Assembly: GCA_044373365.1 (NCBI GenBank)
Contig: JBIPNK010000006.1
Location: 13,254 to 77,253 of the forward strand
Length of the DNA: 64,000 nucleotides
From: Chitinophagaceae bacterium
GTDB lineage: Bacteria; Bacteroidota; Bacteroidia; Chitinophagales; Chitinophagaceae
Direction: 5' to 3'
Shown here piece by piece: positions 20,717 to 29,710 of this stretch. The position numbers were made by a program, and so were the translations under genes. The notes under the pieces are model-generated. The model was not told the origin of the DNA, made no database searches, and saw nothing but the letters and a program-made list of their open reading frames with translations. The stretch's first letter is position 1. Each line of letters starts with the position of its first letter.

Positions 20717-20742
20717 AATGTGAAGGTGATTATCATCACATT
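20717..20742. promoter_or_regulatory. CRP/FNR-family-like operator
   Basis: GGTGA-TTATCA-TCACA (GTGA-N6-TCAC) is nested in a 7-bp inverted repeat AATGTGA...TCACATT, about 30 nt upstream of the MFS start. Confidence 0.5.
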
Positions 20743-20807
20743 GCGCTAAATAAGCCACCCTAAAAAATATAGCTGTCAAATAAGCAGAAAGCAGATGGTG
20801 CATAAAT

Positions 20808-20815
20808 TAACTTTG
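20808..20815 (+). promoter_or_regulatory. -7 element (TAACTTTG) for the GNAT gene
   Basis: Exact TAnnTTTG match. Confidence 0.5.
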
Positions 20816-20877
20816 TGGTTCGTGCATGAATTTATCCATGCTGCACGGCAAACATCAATCAGATTTCTTAAAACACA

Positions 20878-21567
20878 GTGCAATTGAAACATTTGTTGAA
20901 CAATCCGGTTTGGGAGGCTTTAGGAGCAGAAGATGCAAGGCTGAATTGCGGCACTGAAGAGGTTCGGTATTTTGCGGAAGACGTTTCTCCATTTGTTGGG
21001 ATGAGGCATTGGGATGACCATGACCTTGCCATGCTTGAAAAGGAATTGCCTTCACACAGAAGCTTCTCAGTGATGATTGCTGATCAGGTAAGGATACCCG
21101 CTTGTTTTGAGATTATTTTTACAACACCATTGTACCAGATGGTCTGCACAAGGTTTCAGCCCATTTTTGACAGCAGCTTGAGCATGCGCCAATTGGGCGA
21201 TGCAGATGTTCCTGCAATGCTTGAACTGACATCACTGACAAAGCCCGGACCATTCTTGGCGCATACCATCGATTTTGGCCACTATATCGGAATTGTTGAA
21301 GGGGATAAGCTGCTGGCCATGGCTGGAGAAAGGCTGCATATAAAAGGCTACACTGAAGTGAGTGCTGTTTGCACCCATCCCGCTTACCTGGGGAAAGGAT
21401 ATGCTTCTCACCTCATGTCTCATGCCTGCGAAACCGTCATTCAGCGCGGAGACGTTCCTTTTTTGCATGTGAAGCAAGACAATACCCGGGCCATTGCCAA
21501 ATATGAACACCTGGGATTCAGCATCAGATCAGCATTTTATTTTGCCGTGATCAAAAGGAGGGGTTGA
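20878..21567 (+). CDS. GNAT family (FR47-like) acetyltransferase
   Basis: NNPVWEAL N-terminus; EVSAVCTHPAYLGKGYA acetyl-CoA motif. Confidence 0.85.
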   Translation: MQLKHLLNNPVWEALGAEDARLNCGTEEVRYFAEDVSPFVGMRHWDDHDLAMLEKELPSHRSFSVMIADQVRIPACFEIIFTTPLYQMVCTRFQPIFDSSLSMRQLGDADVPAMLELTSLTKPGPFLAHTIDFGHYIGIVEGDKLLAMAGERLHIKGYTEVSAVCTHPAYLGKGYASHLMSHACETVIQRGDVPFLHVKQDNTRAIAKYEHLGFSIRSAFYFAVIKRRG

Positions 21568-21571
21568 AGCA

Positions 21572-22276
21572 TCAGTTCAATGCCTTCTGTATAAGAGTGG
21601 CCAATTGATCGGCCCAGCGTTTGTAGTCAATTCCTGAGGGGTGCAGGCCATCCCCGCAAATCAGGTCGCGGTTTGTTCTTCCTTCTCTTGTAAAACCAGT
21701 GATGTCAAGATAGGGGCAACCATAACTGGCTGTCACCGATTTATTGATCTGGTTGAACCAGTCAATTTCCAACCGCATCCTTGCCGTATCACTGTTTTTG
21801 GCATAAGGGGTAACACTGTAGTCGGGGATGGACAATACAAAAACATTTTCCTTTTTGCCATTGGCCAGTGCAATCGCATTGCCCAGCAATCCAGCAAAAT
21901 TTTGCCTGTAGCCGGTTGTATCTCTTTTCTGGTATTGATCATTCACGCCAACCAGGAGGGAAACGATGGTATGGTTTTCAGGATTTTTGTTTTTGATGGC
22001 ATTTTGCAGGTCGACGGTGGTCCATCCGGTAGTGGCAATATAGGTGGGACTGTTGATGCTGATGTTTTTTTGGGCAAGAAACTCAACCGCTTGGGCGGGA
22101 TATCGCTCAGCCGCAGCCACCCCCTGACCAATGGTATAGGAATCGCCCAGGGCCAGCCAGGTGATGGATTGGGGGAAACCCGGAACAACAGGTGTTGGAG
22201 GGATCTCCTCCATGGTTCCCTGCTTTGTGCAGGCCAATGTCTGTGCCATCACCAAGATCATCATCAACTTTTTCAT
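21572..22276 (-). CDS. SGNH/GDSL hydrolase lipoprotein
   Basis: LALGDSYT, GWTT, GVNDQY and DGLHPS blocks; lipobox TLAC. Start refined to MKKLMM. Confidence 0.85.
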   Translation of the reverse strand: MKKLMMILVMAQTLACTKQGTMEEIPPTPVVPGFPQSITWLALGDSYTIGQGVAAAERYPAQAVEFLAQKNISINSPTYIATTGWTTVDLQNAIKNKNPENHTIVSLLVGVNDQYQKRDTTGYRQNFAGLLGNAIALANGKKENVFVLSIPDYSVTPYAKNSDTARMRLEIDWFNQINKSVTASYGCPYLDITGFTREGRTNRDLICGDGLHPSGIDYKRWADQLATLIQKALN

Positions 22277-22388
22277 CAATATCATTACGCATAAATAGAG
22301 CCGATTGTTCAGTGCTGATGAACAGTCAGCTGGGCTCTTCACCCCTGTTTAGATTATTTAGCCTAATTTTGCAGTATAATATTCCACT

Positions 22389-22553
22389 ATGGGCTTTCAC
22401 ATCAATCCTAAAATAGCTGCCAAAAGCAAAACGGCTACCACCAAGAGCAATACGCAGGGCGGATCCTCAAAGTTCATCACCAAACCTACCAGCACCAAAT
22501 CTGCGGGTGCCGCCAAAAAGCCTGTGAAAACAGGTGGTTCAAGGGGAAGCTGA
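22389..22553 (+). CDS. Small basic Lys/Thr/Ser/Gly-rich hypothetical protein (54 aa; missed by the ORF track)
   Basis: ATG..TGA ORF MGFHINPKIAAKSKTATTKSNTQGGSSKFITKPTSTKSAGAAKKPVKTGGSRGS fills the intergenic gap and is preceded by TAATTTTG (22364-22371). Confidence 0.7.
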   Translation: MGFHINPKIAAKSKTATTKSNTQGGSSKFITKPTSTKSAGAAKKPVKTGGSRGS

Positions 22554-22576
22554 TCAGGAGCAACCGTCTTATCGGA

Positions 22577-23008
22577 TTATTGACCGATCATTTTCATGCC
22601 CACTTCTCCCAGAAAAGTGAAGAGTGCACAACGGGCAATTACGCCTATGCAACACCAGAAAACCAGCTTGTTCAGGGGAACATTGAATCCTACACCAACG
22701 CCAATGCTGATGGGCCCTCCAACAGTCATGGTGCCAATAACGCCAAGTCCAATCAGGCCATATTTGTCCCAGAGTTTGAGTACGAATTTGCTTTTGGGTT
22801 TTTCTTCTTTCTTACCCTTGCGGTACTTGCTCACCATTCGCTGTATCATGCCCCCCAGGTAGGCAGCAGCAAATACGCCCAACAATCCACCTGTAGTACT
22901 GGCGAGAAAAATGACAATGGGAGATAGTTTAAAGGCAAACCCTGCTGGTATGGCGGCATAAACCTCGAAAGTGGCGAGGCCTATGATGGTTAGTATTTTG
23001 AAAATCAT
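22577..23008 (-). CDS. Small multidrug-export-like membrane protein (COG2426-like)
   Basis: Four hydrophobic segments; FEVYAAIPAG and KYGLIGLG motifs. Confidence 0.6.
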   Translation of the reverse strand: MIFKILTIIGLATFEVYAAIPAGFAFKLSPIVIFLASTTGGLLGVFAAAYLGGMIQRMVSKYRKGKKEEKPKSKFVLKLWDKYGLIGLGVIGTMTVGGPISIGVGVGFNVPLNKLVFWCCIGVIARCALFTFLGEVGMKMIGQ

Positions 23009-23122
23009 TGTCGGCTTTTCTTGAACCGCGAAGCTAATCCGAAAAAAGCTACCACCAGGTTAAATAAGCGCCAAAAGCGAACAAGAAATTTATCGGTAAA
23101 TTTGCATTACATATTTGATGCA

Positions 23123-26041
23123 ATGAAGGAAAAGCTGAATGGGCTGAAAGGACGACTGAAAGGAGACTTGTTTCTCGATGACACCATCCGTACGCTATAC
23201 GCTACAGATGCATCTGCCTACCGGGAAATGCCATTGGCGGTTGCGGTACCCCAGACGATTGATGATATCCAGCAGCTGATTGCTTTTGCACATGCGGAAA
23301 AAACTTCCTTGATTCCAAGGACCGCGGGCACTTCGCTTGCTGGCCAGGTGGTGGGCAACGGCATCATTGTAGACGTTTCAAAATATTTCAACCAAATCCT
23401 TGAACTGAACAAGGAGGAAGGCTGGGTGCGTGTGCAGCCCGGCGTGATCAGGGACGAATTGAATTTGTTCCTTAAACCCTACGGATTGTTTTTTGGTCCG
23501 GAAACCTCTACTGCCAACCGCGCCATGATTGGCGGGATGGTGGGCAACAATTCCTGTGGCTCCAATTCCGTGGTGTACCGCAGTACCAGAGAGCATTTGC
23601 TGGAGGTAAAAGCGTTTTTGAGTGATGGTTCAGAGACCATATTTTCATCGCTTTCTACGGATGCATTTCATGAAAAATGTGAGCTCAATTCGCTGGAAGG
23701 CAATATTTATAAATCGGTAAGGTCGATTCTGGGCAATTACGACAACCAGGTAGAGATCAGAAAAGAATTCCCAAAGAAATCAGTTGAAAGAAGGAATACA
23801 GGCTATGCAATTGATTTGCTGGTAGAAACAGAACCTTTTACTGCAGGTGGTCCTGATTTTAATTTTTGTTCACTGATTGCAGGGTCTGAAGGAACACTGG
23901 CTTTCATTACTGAAATCAAGCTCAATGTAGTGCCTGCGCCGCCCAAAGAAACAGGCCTGCTCTGTGTGCATTTCAACTCCATTGATGAGTCTTTGCATGC
24001 CAACCTGATTGGCCTCAAATACAAGCCCAGTGCCAGTGAATTGATTGATCACTATATCCTGGAGTGTACCAAGGGAAACATCGAGCAAAGTAAAAACAGG
24101 TTCTTTGTACAAGGCGATCCCGGTGCCATTCTTGTGATTGAATTTACAAGGGAAACCAGGGAAGAAATTCTCGCCATCACCCAACAGGTTGAAGCAGATA
24201 TGAGGGCCGCAGGGCTTGGCTATCATTTCCCTGTGCTCTTTGGTGCAGACACCAAAAAAATATGGACCCTCCGCAAGGCAGGCCTCGGATTATTGAGCAA
24301 TCTTCCCGGAGATGAAAAAGCAGTTCCAGTGATTGAAGACACTGCTGTCGATGTGGAAGACCTGCCGGAGTATATCCGTGAGTTCAATGCGATACTTGAA
24401 AAACATGGCCTTTTTGCAGTGCACTATGCACATGCTGGTTCCGGTGAGCTTCACCTTCGTCCAATCATCAACCTGAAAACGGTTGAGGGCAATCAGTTGT
24501 TCAGGACCATTGCAGAAGAAGTGGCCACCTTGGTAAAAAAATATAACGGGTCTTTGAGTGGTGAACATGGTGATGGAAGATTGCGCGGTGAGTTCATCAA
24601 ACAGATGGTAGGAGAGAAAAACTATGGCTTGTTGAAGCAGGTGAAAAATGCCTGGGATCCACACCATATCTTCAACCCCAACAAAATTGTCGATACCCCG
24701 CCCATGAACACCATGTTGCGGTATGAGCCGGGTCAGTTTACGCCGGAGTTCAAAACAATTTTCCGTTTTCACCAGCAAGACATCCTGCAGCATGCCGAGC
24801 AGTGCAATGGATCAGGTGATTGCAGAAAGACCCATCTCTCTGGAGGCACCATGTGCCCTTCCTATATGGCTACGCGCGATGAGAAAGATACAACCCGTGC
24901 CCGTGCCAACATCCTGCGTGAATTCCTGACGCACTCTGACAAACAGAATCGTTATGACCACAAGGAAATCTATGATGTGATGGGGCTGTGTCTGAGCTGT
25001 AAAGCCTGCAAGAGTGAGTGTCCTTCGAATGTGGACATGGCCAAACTGAAGGCTGAATTTCTCCAGCATTATTACGATGCCAATGGTGTTCCTTTCCGTT
25101 CATGGTTGATAGCCAACTTCACCGCCGCTGCAAAACTGGGGTCCATCGCACCTTCACTCTATAACTTCGTGATGGGCAATGCCTTCACCGGCGGACTGGT
25201 AAAATCCCTTTCGGGGTTTGCCCAGAAACGCTCGATGCCAGCCCTTTCCAAACAGACCTTGCGTTCTTGGTTCAACAAACACCAGCATGTGCAATCCCTG
25301 AAAAGCCATGCAAAAAAAGTATACCTTTTTTGTGATGAGTTCACCAATTACAATGATGCGCATATTGGCATAAAAGCTGTTCAATTGTTGAACGCCCTTG
25401 GCTATGAAGTGTTGATGCCCGCGCATGGAGAAAGTGGCAGGACCTGGCTTTCAAAAGGCCTGGTCAGAAAGGCCAAGACCATCGCCAACCAAAACATTGC
25501 TTTGTTCAGCCCCCTGATCAGTGATGCTACGCCATTGATTGGCATTGAGCCTTCAGCGATACTTACGTTTAGGGACGAATATCCTGACTTGGCCACAGAC
25601 CAAAACCTGGATGCTGCAGAGGCCTTGGCTAAAAATGCATTCCTGATTGATGAGTTCATTGCCAGGGAGATCAATCTGGGAAGGATCACCAAAGACCAGT
25701 TCAATAGTAACAAGCGTGCAATACTGTTGCATGGTCATTGCCAGCAGAAGGCAGTTGGGTCACTGGCGGATTCAATCAAAATTCTTTCGTTTCCAGAAAA
25801 CCATTCCGTTGAAACCATCCCTTCAGGCTGCTGTGGCATGGCCGGTTCTTTTGGCTACGAAAAGGAGCACTATGATGTTTCTATGAAAATTGGGGAACTT
25901 GTTTTATTTCCATCAGTAAGAAAGAACAGTGTAACCTGCACGGTTGCAGCGCCGGGCACCAGCTGTCGCCACCAGATCAAAGATGGAACCGGTGCAAAAG
26001 CGCTTCATCCAGTTGAGGTTTTGTTTGAGGCGTTGGTTTGA
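23123..26041 (+). CDS. FAD-binding and Fe-S-binding 2-hydroxyacid dehydrogenase (YdiJ/GlcD-GlcF fusion type)
   Basis: YATDASAY, RTAGTSLAGQ and GEHGDG FAD-oxidase motifs; CNGSGDCRK and CLSCKACKSECP 4Fe-4S motifs; HGHCQQK and CCGMAGSFG CCG domains. Confidence 0.9.
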   Translation: MKEKLNGLKGRLKGDLFLDDTIRTLYATDASAYREMPLAVAVPQTIDDIQQLIAFAHAEKTSLIPRTAGTSLAGQVVGNGIIVDVSKYFNQILELNKEEGWVRVQPGVIRDELNLFLKPYGLFFGPETSTANRAMIGGMVGNNSCGSNSVVYRSTREHLLEVKAFLSDGSETIFSSLSTDAFHEKCELNSLEGNIYKSVRSILGNYDNQVEIRKEFPKKSVERRNTGYAIDLLVETEPFTAGGPDFNFCSLIAGSEGTLAFITEIKLNVVPAPPKETGLLCVHFNSIDESLHANLIGLKYKPSASELIDHYILECTKGNIEQSKNRFFVQGDPGAILVIEFTRETREEILAITQQVEADMRAAGLGYHFPVLFGADTKKIWTLRKAGLGLLSNLPGDEKAVPVIEDTAVDVEDLPEYIREFNAILEKHGLFAVHYAHAGSGELHLRPIINLKTVEGNQLFRTIAEEVATLVKKYNGSLSGEHGDGRLRGEFIKQMVGEKNYGLLKQVKNAWDPHHIFNPNKIVDTPPMNTMLRYEPGQFTPEFKTIFRFHQQDILQHAEQCNGSGDCRKTHLSGGTMCPSYMATRDEKDTTRARANILREFLTHSDKQNRYDHKEIYDVMGLCLSCKACKSECPSNVDMAKLKAEFLQHYYDANGVPFRSWLIANFTAAAKLGSIAPSLYNFVMGNAFTGGLVKSLSGFAQKRSMPALSKQTLRSWFNKHQHVQSLKSHAKKVYLFCDEFTNYNDAHIGIKAVQLLNALGYEVLMPAHGESGRTWLSKGLVRKAKTIANQNIALFSPLISDATPLIGIEPSAILTFRDEYPDLATDQNLDAAEALAKNAFLIDEFIAREINLGRITKDQFNSNKRAILLHGHCQQKAVGSLADSIKILSFPENHSVETIPSGCCGMAGSFGYEKEHYDVSMKIGELVLFPSVRKNSVTCTVAAPGTSCRHQIKDGTGAKALHPVEVLFEALV

Positions 26042-26104
26042 GGTAAACTTTCAAAAGTTAGCCGGGGGGATAAAATCCTGTTTTCTTAAATTAAAATTTT
26101 TAGT

Positions 26105-26125
26105 TATCTTTGGCGTTAGTAACGC
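26105..26125 (+). promoter_or_regulatory. higBA promoter -7 element with an adjacent palindromic operator
   Basis: TATCTTTG (26105-26112) is immediately followed by GCGTTA-G-TAACGC (26113-26125). Confidence 0.6.
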
Positions 26126-26136
26126 ATTAAATTAGT

Positions 26137-26418
26137 ATGATCATTTCTTTCGGTGATAAGGATACCCATAAAATATGGGAAGGTGAGAGAGTCAAGGGCT
26201 TTTCAACAGATATTCAAGAAATTACCAGGAGGAAACTCAGGATGTTGAACAGCTCACAGGACATCAATGACCTGATGGTTCCTCCATCAAATAGACTTGA
26301 AAAACTGAAAGGAAAATTGAAAGAATTTTATTCCATTCGTGTCAATAGCCAATGGAGAATCATTTTCAAATGGAACAATGGAAATGCGGAACTGGTTGAA
26401 ATCATCGATTACCATTAA
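26137..26418 (+). CDS. higB: HigB toxin (RelE/ParE family, plasmid-maintenance-killer type)
   Basis: MIISFGDKDT...PPSNRLEKLKG...SIRVNSQWRIIF...IIDYH. Confidence 0.93.
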   Translation: MIISFGDKDTHKIWEGERVKGFSTDIQEITRRKLRMLNSSQDINDLMVPPSNRLEKLKGKLKEFYSIRVNSQWRIIFKWNNGNAELVEIIDYH

Positions 26419-26428
26419 ACCCAAAGAT

Positions 26429-26728
26429 ATGAGCAAGTTAAAAAATATTCATCCCGGCGAAATTCTTCTTGAAGAGTTTCTTGTTCCTTTAGAAATCACG
26501 GCTTACAGGCTTTCAAAAGATATTGGCATTCCACAAACGCGGGTGTCTGAAATCATCAAAGGGAGAAGGCGCATTACAGCTGATACTGCATTGCGACTTT
26601 CTATTTATTTTGGGAATAGTGCTAGATTTTGGCTAGGGCTGCAAGATGACTTTGATATTGAAGAGGAAACAAATCAGAAGAAGACTGTCTTCAAAGCAAT
26701 CAGACATTTTACTAATAAAGCAGCATAA
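26429..26728 (+). CDS. higA: HigA antitoxin (HTH)
   Basis: HPGEILLEEFL...RVSEIIKGRRRITADTALRL...FWLGLQ. Start refined to ATG 26429. Confidence 0.93.
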   Translation: MSKLKNIHPGEILLEEFLVPLEITAYRLSKDIGIPQTRVSEIIKGRRRITADTALRLSIYFGNSARFWLGLQDDFDIEEETNQKKTVFKAIRHFTNKAA

Positions 26729-26741
26729 TCAAATTCATCCA

Positions 26742-27350
26742 ATGCTTGACCTTTTTGGTTTTTCTGATCCTGCTGTCAATCTCCTTCCCACGGATGGATC
26801 AGTCCATTATTTTGGCAAGCTCATGTCAAAGCAAGAAGCAGATGGATATTATACCGCCTTGCTCAACAACATTGCCTGGGAAAATGATCAGGCCATTATT
26901 TTTGGCAAGCGCATCATCACCAAAAGAAAGGTGGCCTGGTACGGCGACAAACCTTTTCAGTATACATATTCAAGTATCACCAAGCAGGCGCTGCAATGGA
27001 ATGATGCTTTAAAAGCGCTCAAGGCCATCGCAGAAAACGCAAGCGGTGAAACCTACAACTCATGCCTCTTGAACCTCTACCATACCGGCGAAGAGGGAAT
27101 GGCCTGGCACAGCGATGCAGAAAAAGACCTCAAGAAAAATGGCGCCATTGCATCACTCAGTTTTGGCGCAGAAAGGAAATTTGCCTTCAAGCACAAAAAG
27201 ACTGCAGCGGTAGTGAATGTATTGCTTGAACATGGCAGCCTGCTGGTCATGAAGGATGAAACCCAAACCCATTGGTTGCACCGCCTTCCGCCTACCAAAA
27301 AAATATCCTCGCCCAGAATCAACCTTACCTTCAGGACAATTGTGAGGTGA
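26742..27350 (+). CDS. alkB: AlkB-like 2OG-Fe(II) dioxygenase
   Basis: RKVAWYGD, YNSCLLNLY, HSD, HRLP and RINLTFR motifs. Confidence 0.9.
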   Translation: MLDLFGFSDPAVNLLPTDGSVHYFGKLMSKQEADGYYTALLNNIAWENDQAIIFGKRIITKRKVAWYGDKPFQYTYSSITKQALQWNDALKALKAIAENASGETYNSCLLNLYHTGEEGMAWHSDAEKDLKKNGAIASLSFGAERKFAFKHKKTAAVVNVLLEHGSLLVMKDETQTHWLHRLPPTKKISSPRINLTFRTIVR

Positions 27351-27358
27351 TCTTCCAA

Positions 27359-29614
27359 TTATCCTTTCTCAAGATTTGTTTCCGGTTCATTTCCAAAAAT
27401 GGAGTCCTTGAATTTGTTGTAAAGGAATGATGCAATCAGCATGATGATCCCAAGTACAATGAGGACAATGGTTTTGGAGATGGTGGATAGGGCTGAAAGG
27501 TCGTAGAACAGCACTTTGCAAAGGGTAATGCCAAACAAAATGATTCCTCCCATCCGGATGTGTTTCAGTTTTTTGCTGATGCCTGTAATGATCATCGCAA
27601 GTGCATATACAGCAAAGATGATGCTGAGCCCGAGTTTGTATTCATTGGCAAATCCTCCAATATCCATCCAATGGATGAATTCATTGCAGAGCAATACCAG
27701 CAAGGTTGCATTGAAAATAAGGGCGATTAATTTTGTTATGTTCGGGGAAGGCAAAAATCTTTTCAGGTTGGAAGCAATACCTAAAACCAATGCTGCAATG
27801 AGCAGGAGATATCCGTATCGGATGCCCAACATCGATAAAGCGTTTCCATTTTTCTGCTGGATGTAAAGATCTCTCAGGATGCCAATTTCTGTCAATCCTC
27901 CAATCAATGCAATGAACAATGCATAAACTCCCACAATAACCAGTATGGTTGCCAAATGCTTTTCCTTGAAATATTGCCAGTTGAGCCATAGCCAAAGACT
28001 GAGATATCCAAGGCTGAATCCCTGCAGGGAGAGCAAGGTAAAACTGTTTAGTGCTTCGGATGCATGGTTAATCCGATAAACTGTCCAGGCAAGGTCAATC
28101 TCCTGCACAATACCAAGATAGGTGAGCAAGATAAAGGAAAGTGGTACTGCTACAGTCAATACTGATTTGACAATACCCTGCTCGCCCTTGAAATAGTTGA
28201 TGGATAACCTGCTGATGACCCCGATGCAAAAGCAAACAAACAGGGAGCTCAGGAAATTGCTATTGAAAAAGGGGTTTGTGGCAATCGAAATGGAAGCTTC
28301 AGTTGCATAATCCTGTTTCCAGTCGATGAACAAACTTCCCAAAGTCAATAGCAACAATGCAATCGACAGGATCAGGTATGCTTCTCGTTTTTTCTTGTAG
28401 CCTGTGTAGAATAAAAAGAATGCTTCTGTAGCCCACAAGACTGTAATGGTATTGCCCTTGTAGTGAATTGGGATTGATACGGTAAAGAATGCCAGTCCGA
28501 GGCCAATGATGAAAAGGGTTACCGTCTCATCTGCCAGCTTCAACCATTTGATCCGTTCGCCTATGATCAGGTGCACCAGTGCATTGGCCAGTGCAAAAAG
28601 GGTGAGGTGTTGGTCATTGTCAAACGTCTTGTTGAACAGGTAATATCCCAACAGAAAGAAGACAACTGCATTGCTGAGCAAAATGCCAATTTCAGCAAGG
28701 TTGTACAGTTCTTTTTTGATGATTTTGTTGACAAGAAATGCGGTATAAAAAATGATAAAATTGACAATCAGGAAAATGATATTGGAAGAAAATCCTGCAG
28801 CGAGGTCTTTTGCGTTGAGAAAGGAGACGATGAAAATGAACCAGCTGATTCCAAATGCTACTTGGTAAATCAGCTTCCAGTCTCGCTTGAAGGAAAGCAA
28901 CAGGAGCCCGATGTTGATGATAGACAGGTATCCGTATAAAAGCGGTAGATTTTCATTGCCTGTGCTCAATAAAAAGGGAATGGCATATGCGCCAACCTGC
29001 CCCAGCAGGGCAATGATTTTTCTTTTATACCAAATGGACATGCTGACAACAAATACAGTCGTGGCCAACATCAAGCCAAAGGCAACGGGCTGGGAAAAGA
29101 GATGATAAAAACTATGTGCTACATAGGTGATGAAATACATGATGGCGATCGATCCACTCATCAAGACCGCACTGTAGTCGATGTATTTGGTTTTCAGTCT
29201 ATAGGCCAGTAGGCAAAGGGCTGCTGCAATGGCATAACCAAGGATGATGCGCATGGAAGGACTTATCAGGTCTTTGTCAATGGCATATTTCGCGCCAATG
29301 TATACACCAATAACCATCACCAATATGCCAATCTTGTTGATGAGATTGCTGCCGATCAGGTTTTCCAACTGATCTTTCCGAACATTGGTAGTGTTCGTAG
29401 GTACTTGTTTTTTGGAAGGGGGAACAAATGAAGTTGATCTTCGAACAAAGGGCACTTCAGCCTGGGGTGATGCCGCAACTGTTTGCAGCGATGCCTTCAA
29501 TGATTGCAATTCACCAAGGACCATGTTCAACGTTTCCGTTGTTCTGCTTTGTTCAGCATTCAATTGTTTGACGCTGTTTTCCAAATCCTCAATGCGTTGC
29601 TTGATTTCTTCCAT
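27359..29614 (-). CDS. DUF2339 family polytopic membrane protein
   Basis: N-terminal coiled coil; LENLIGSNLINKIGIL motif; about 20 TM segments; C-terminal KVLFYDL...LGIIML. Confidence 0.85.
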   Translation of the reverse strand: MEEIKQRIEDLENSVKQLNAEQSRTTETLNMVLGELQSLKASLQTVAASPQAEVPFVRRSTSFVPPSKKQVPTNTTNVRKDQLENLIGSNLINKIGILVMVIGVYIGAKYAIDKDLISPSMRIILGYAIAAALCLLAYRLKTKYIDYSAVLMSGSIAIMYFITYVAHSFYHLFSQPVAFGLMLATTVFVVSMSIWYKRKIIALLGQVGAYAIPFLLSTGNENLPLLYGYLSIINIGLLLLSFKRDWKLIYQVAFGISWFIFIVSFLNAKDLAAGFSSNIIFLIVNFIIFYTAFLVNKIIKKELYNLAEIGILLSNAVVFFLLGYYLFNKTFDNDQHLTLFALANALVHLIIGERIKWLKLADETVTLFIIGLGLAFFTVSIPIHYKGNTITVLWATEAFFLFYTGYKKKREAYLILSIALLLLTLGSLFIDWKQDYATEASISIATNPFFNSNFLSSLFVCFCIGVISRLSINYFKGEQGIVKSVLTVAVPLSFILLTYLGIVQEIDLAWTVYRINHASEALNSFTLLSLQGFSLGYLSLWLWLNWQYFKEKHLATILVIVGVYALFIALIGGLTEIGILRDLYIQQKNGNALSMLGIRYGYLLLIAALVLGIASNLKRFLPSPNITKLIALIFNATLLVLLCNEFIHWMDIGGFANEYKLGLSIIFAVYALAMIITGISKKLKHIRMGGIILFGITLCKVLFYDLSALSTISKTIVLIVLGIIMLIASFLYNKFKDSIFGNEPETNLEKG

Positions 29615-29710
29615 GGTATAGTCGATTAAAGGTGTTGTTTTTTAGGCCTTCCCGGTTATTTTCACAGGAATAATCAATCCATTTTTATCAAACCATATCT
29701 TTTGCGTTTT

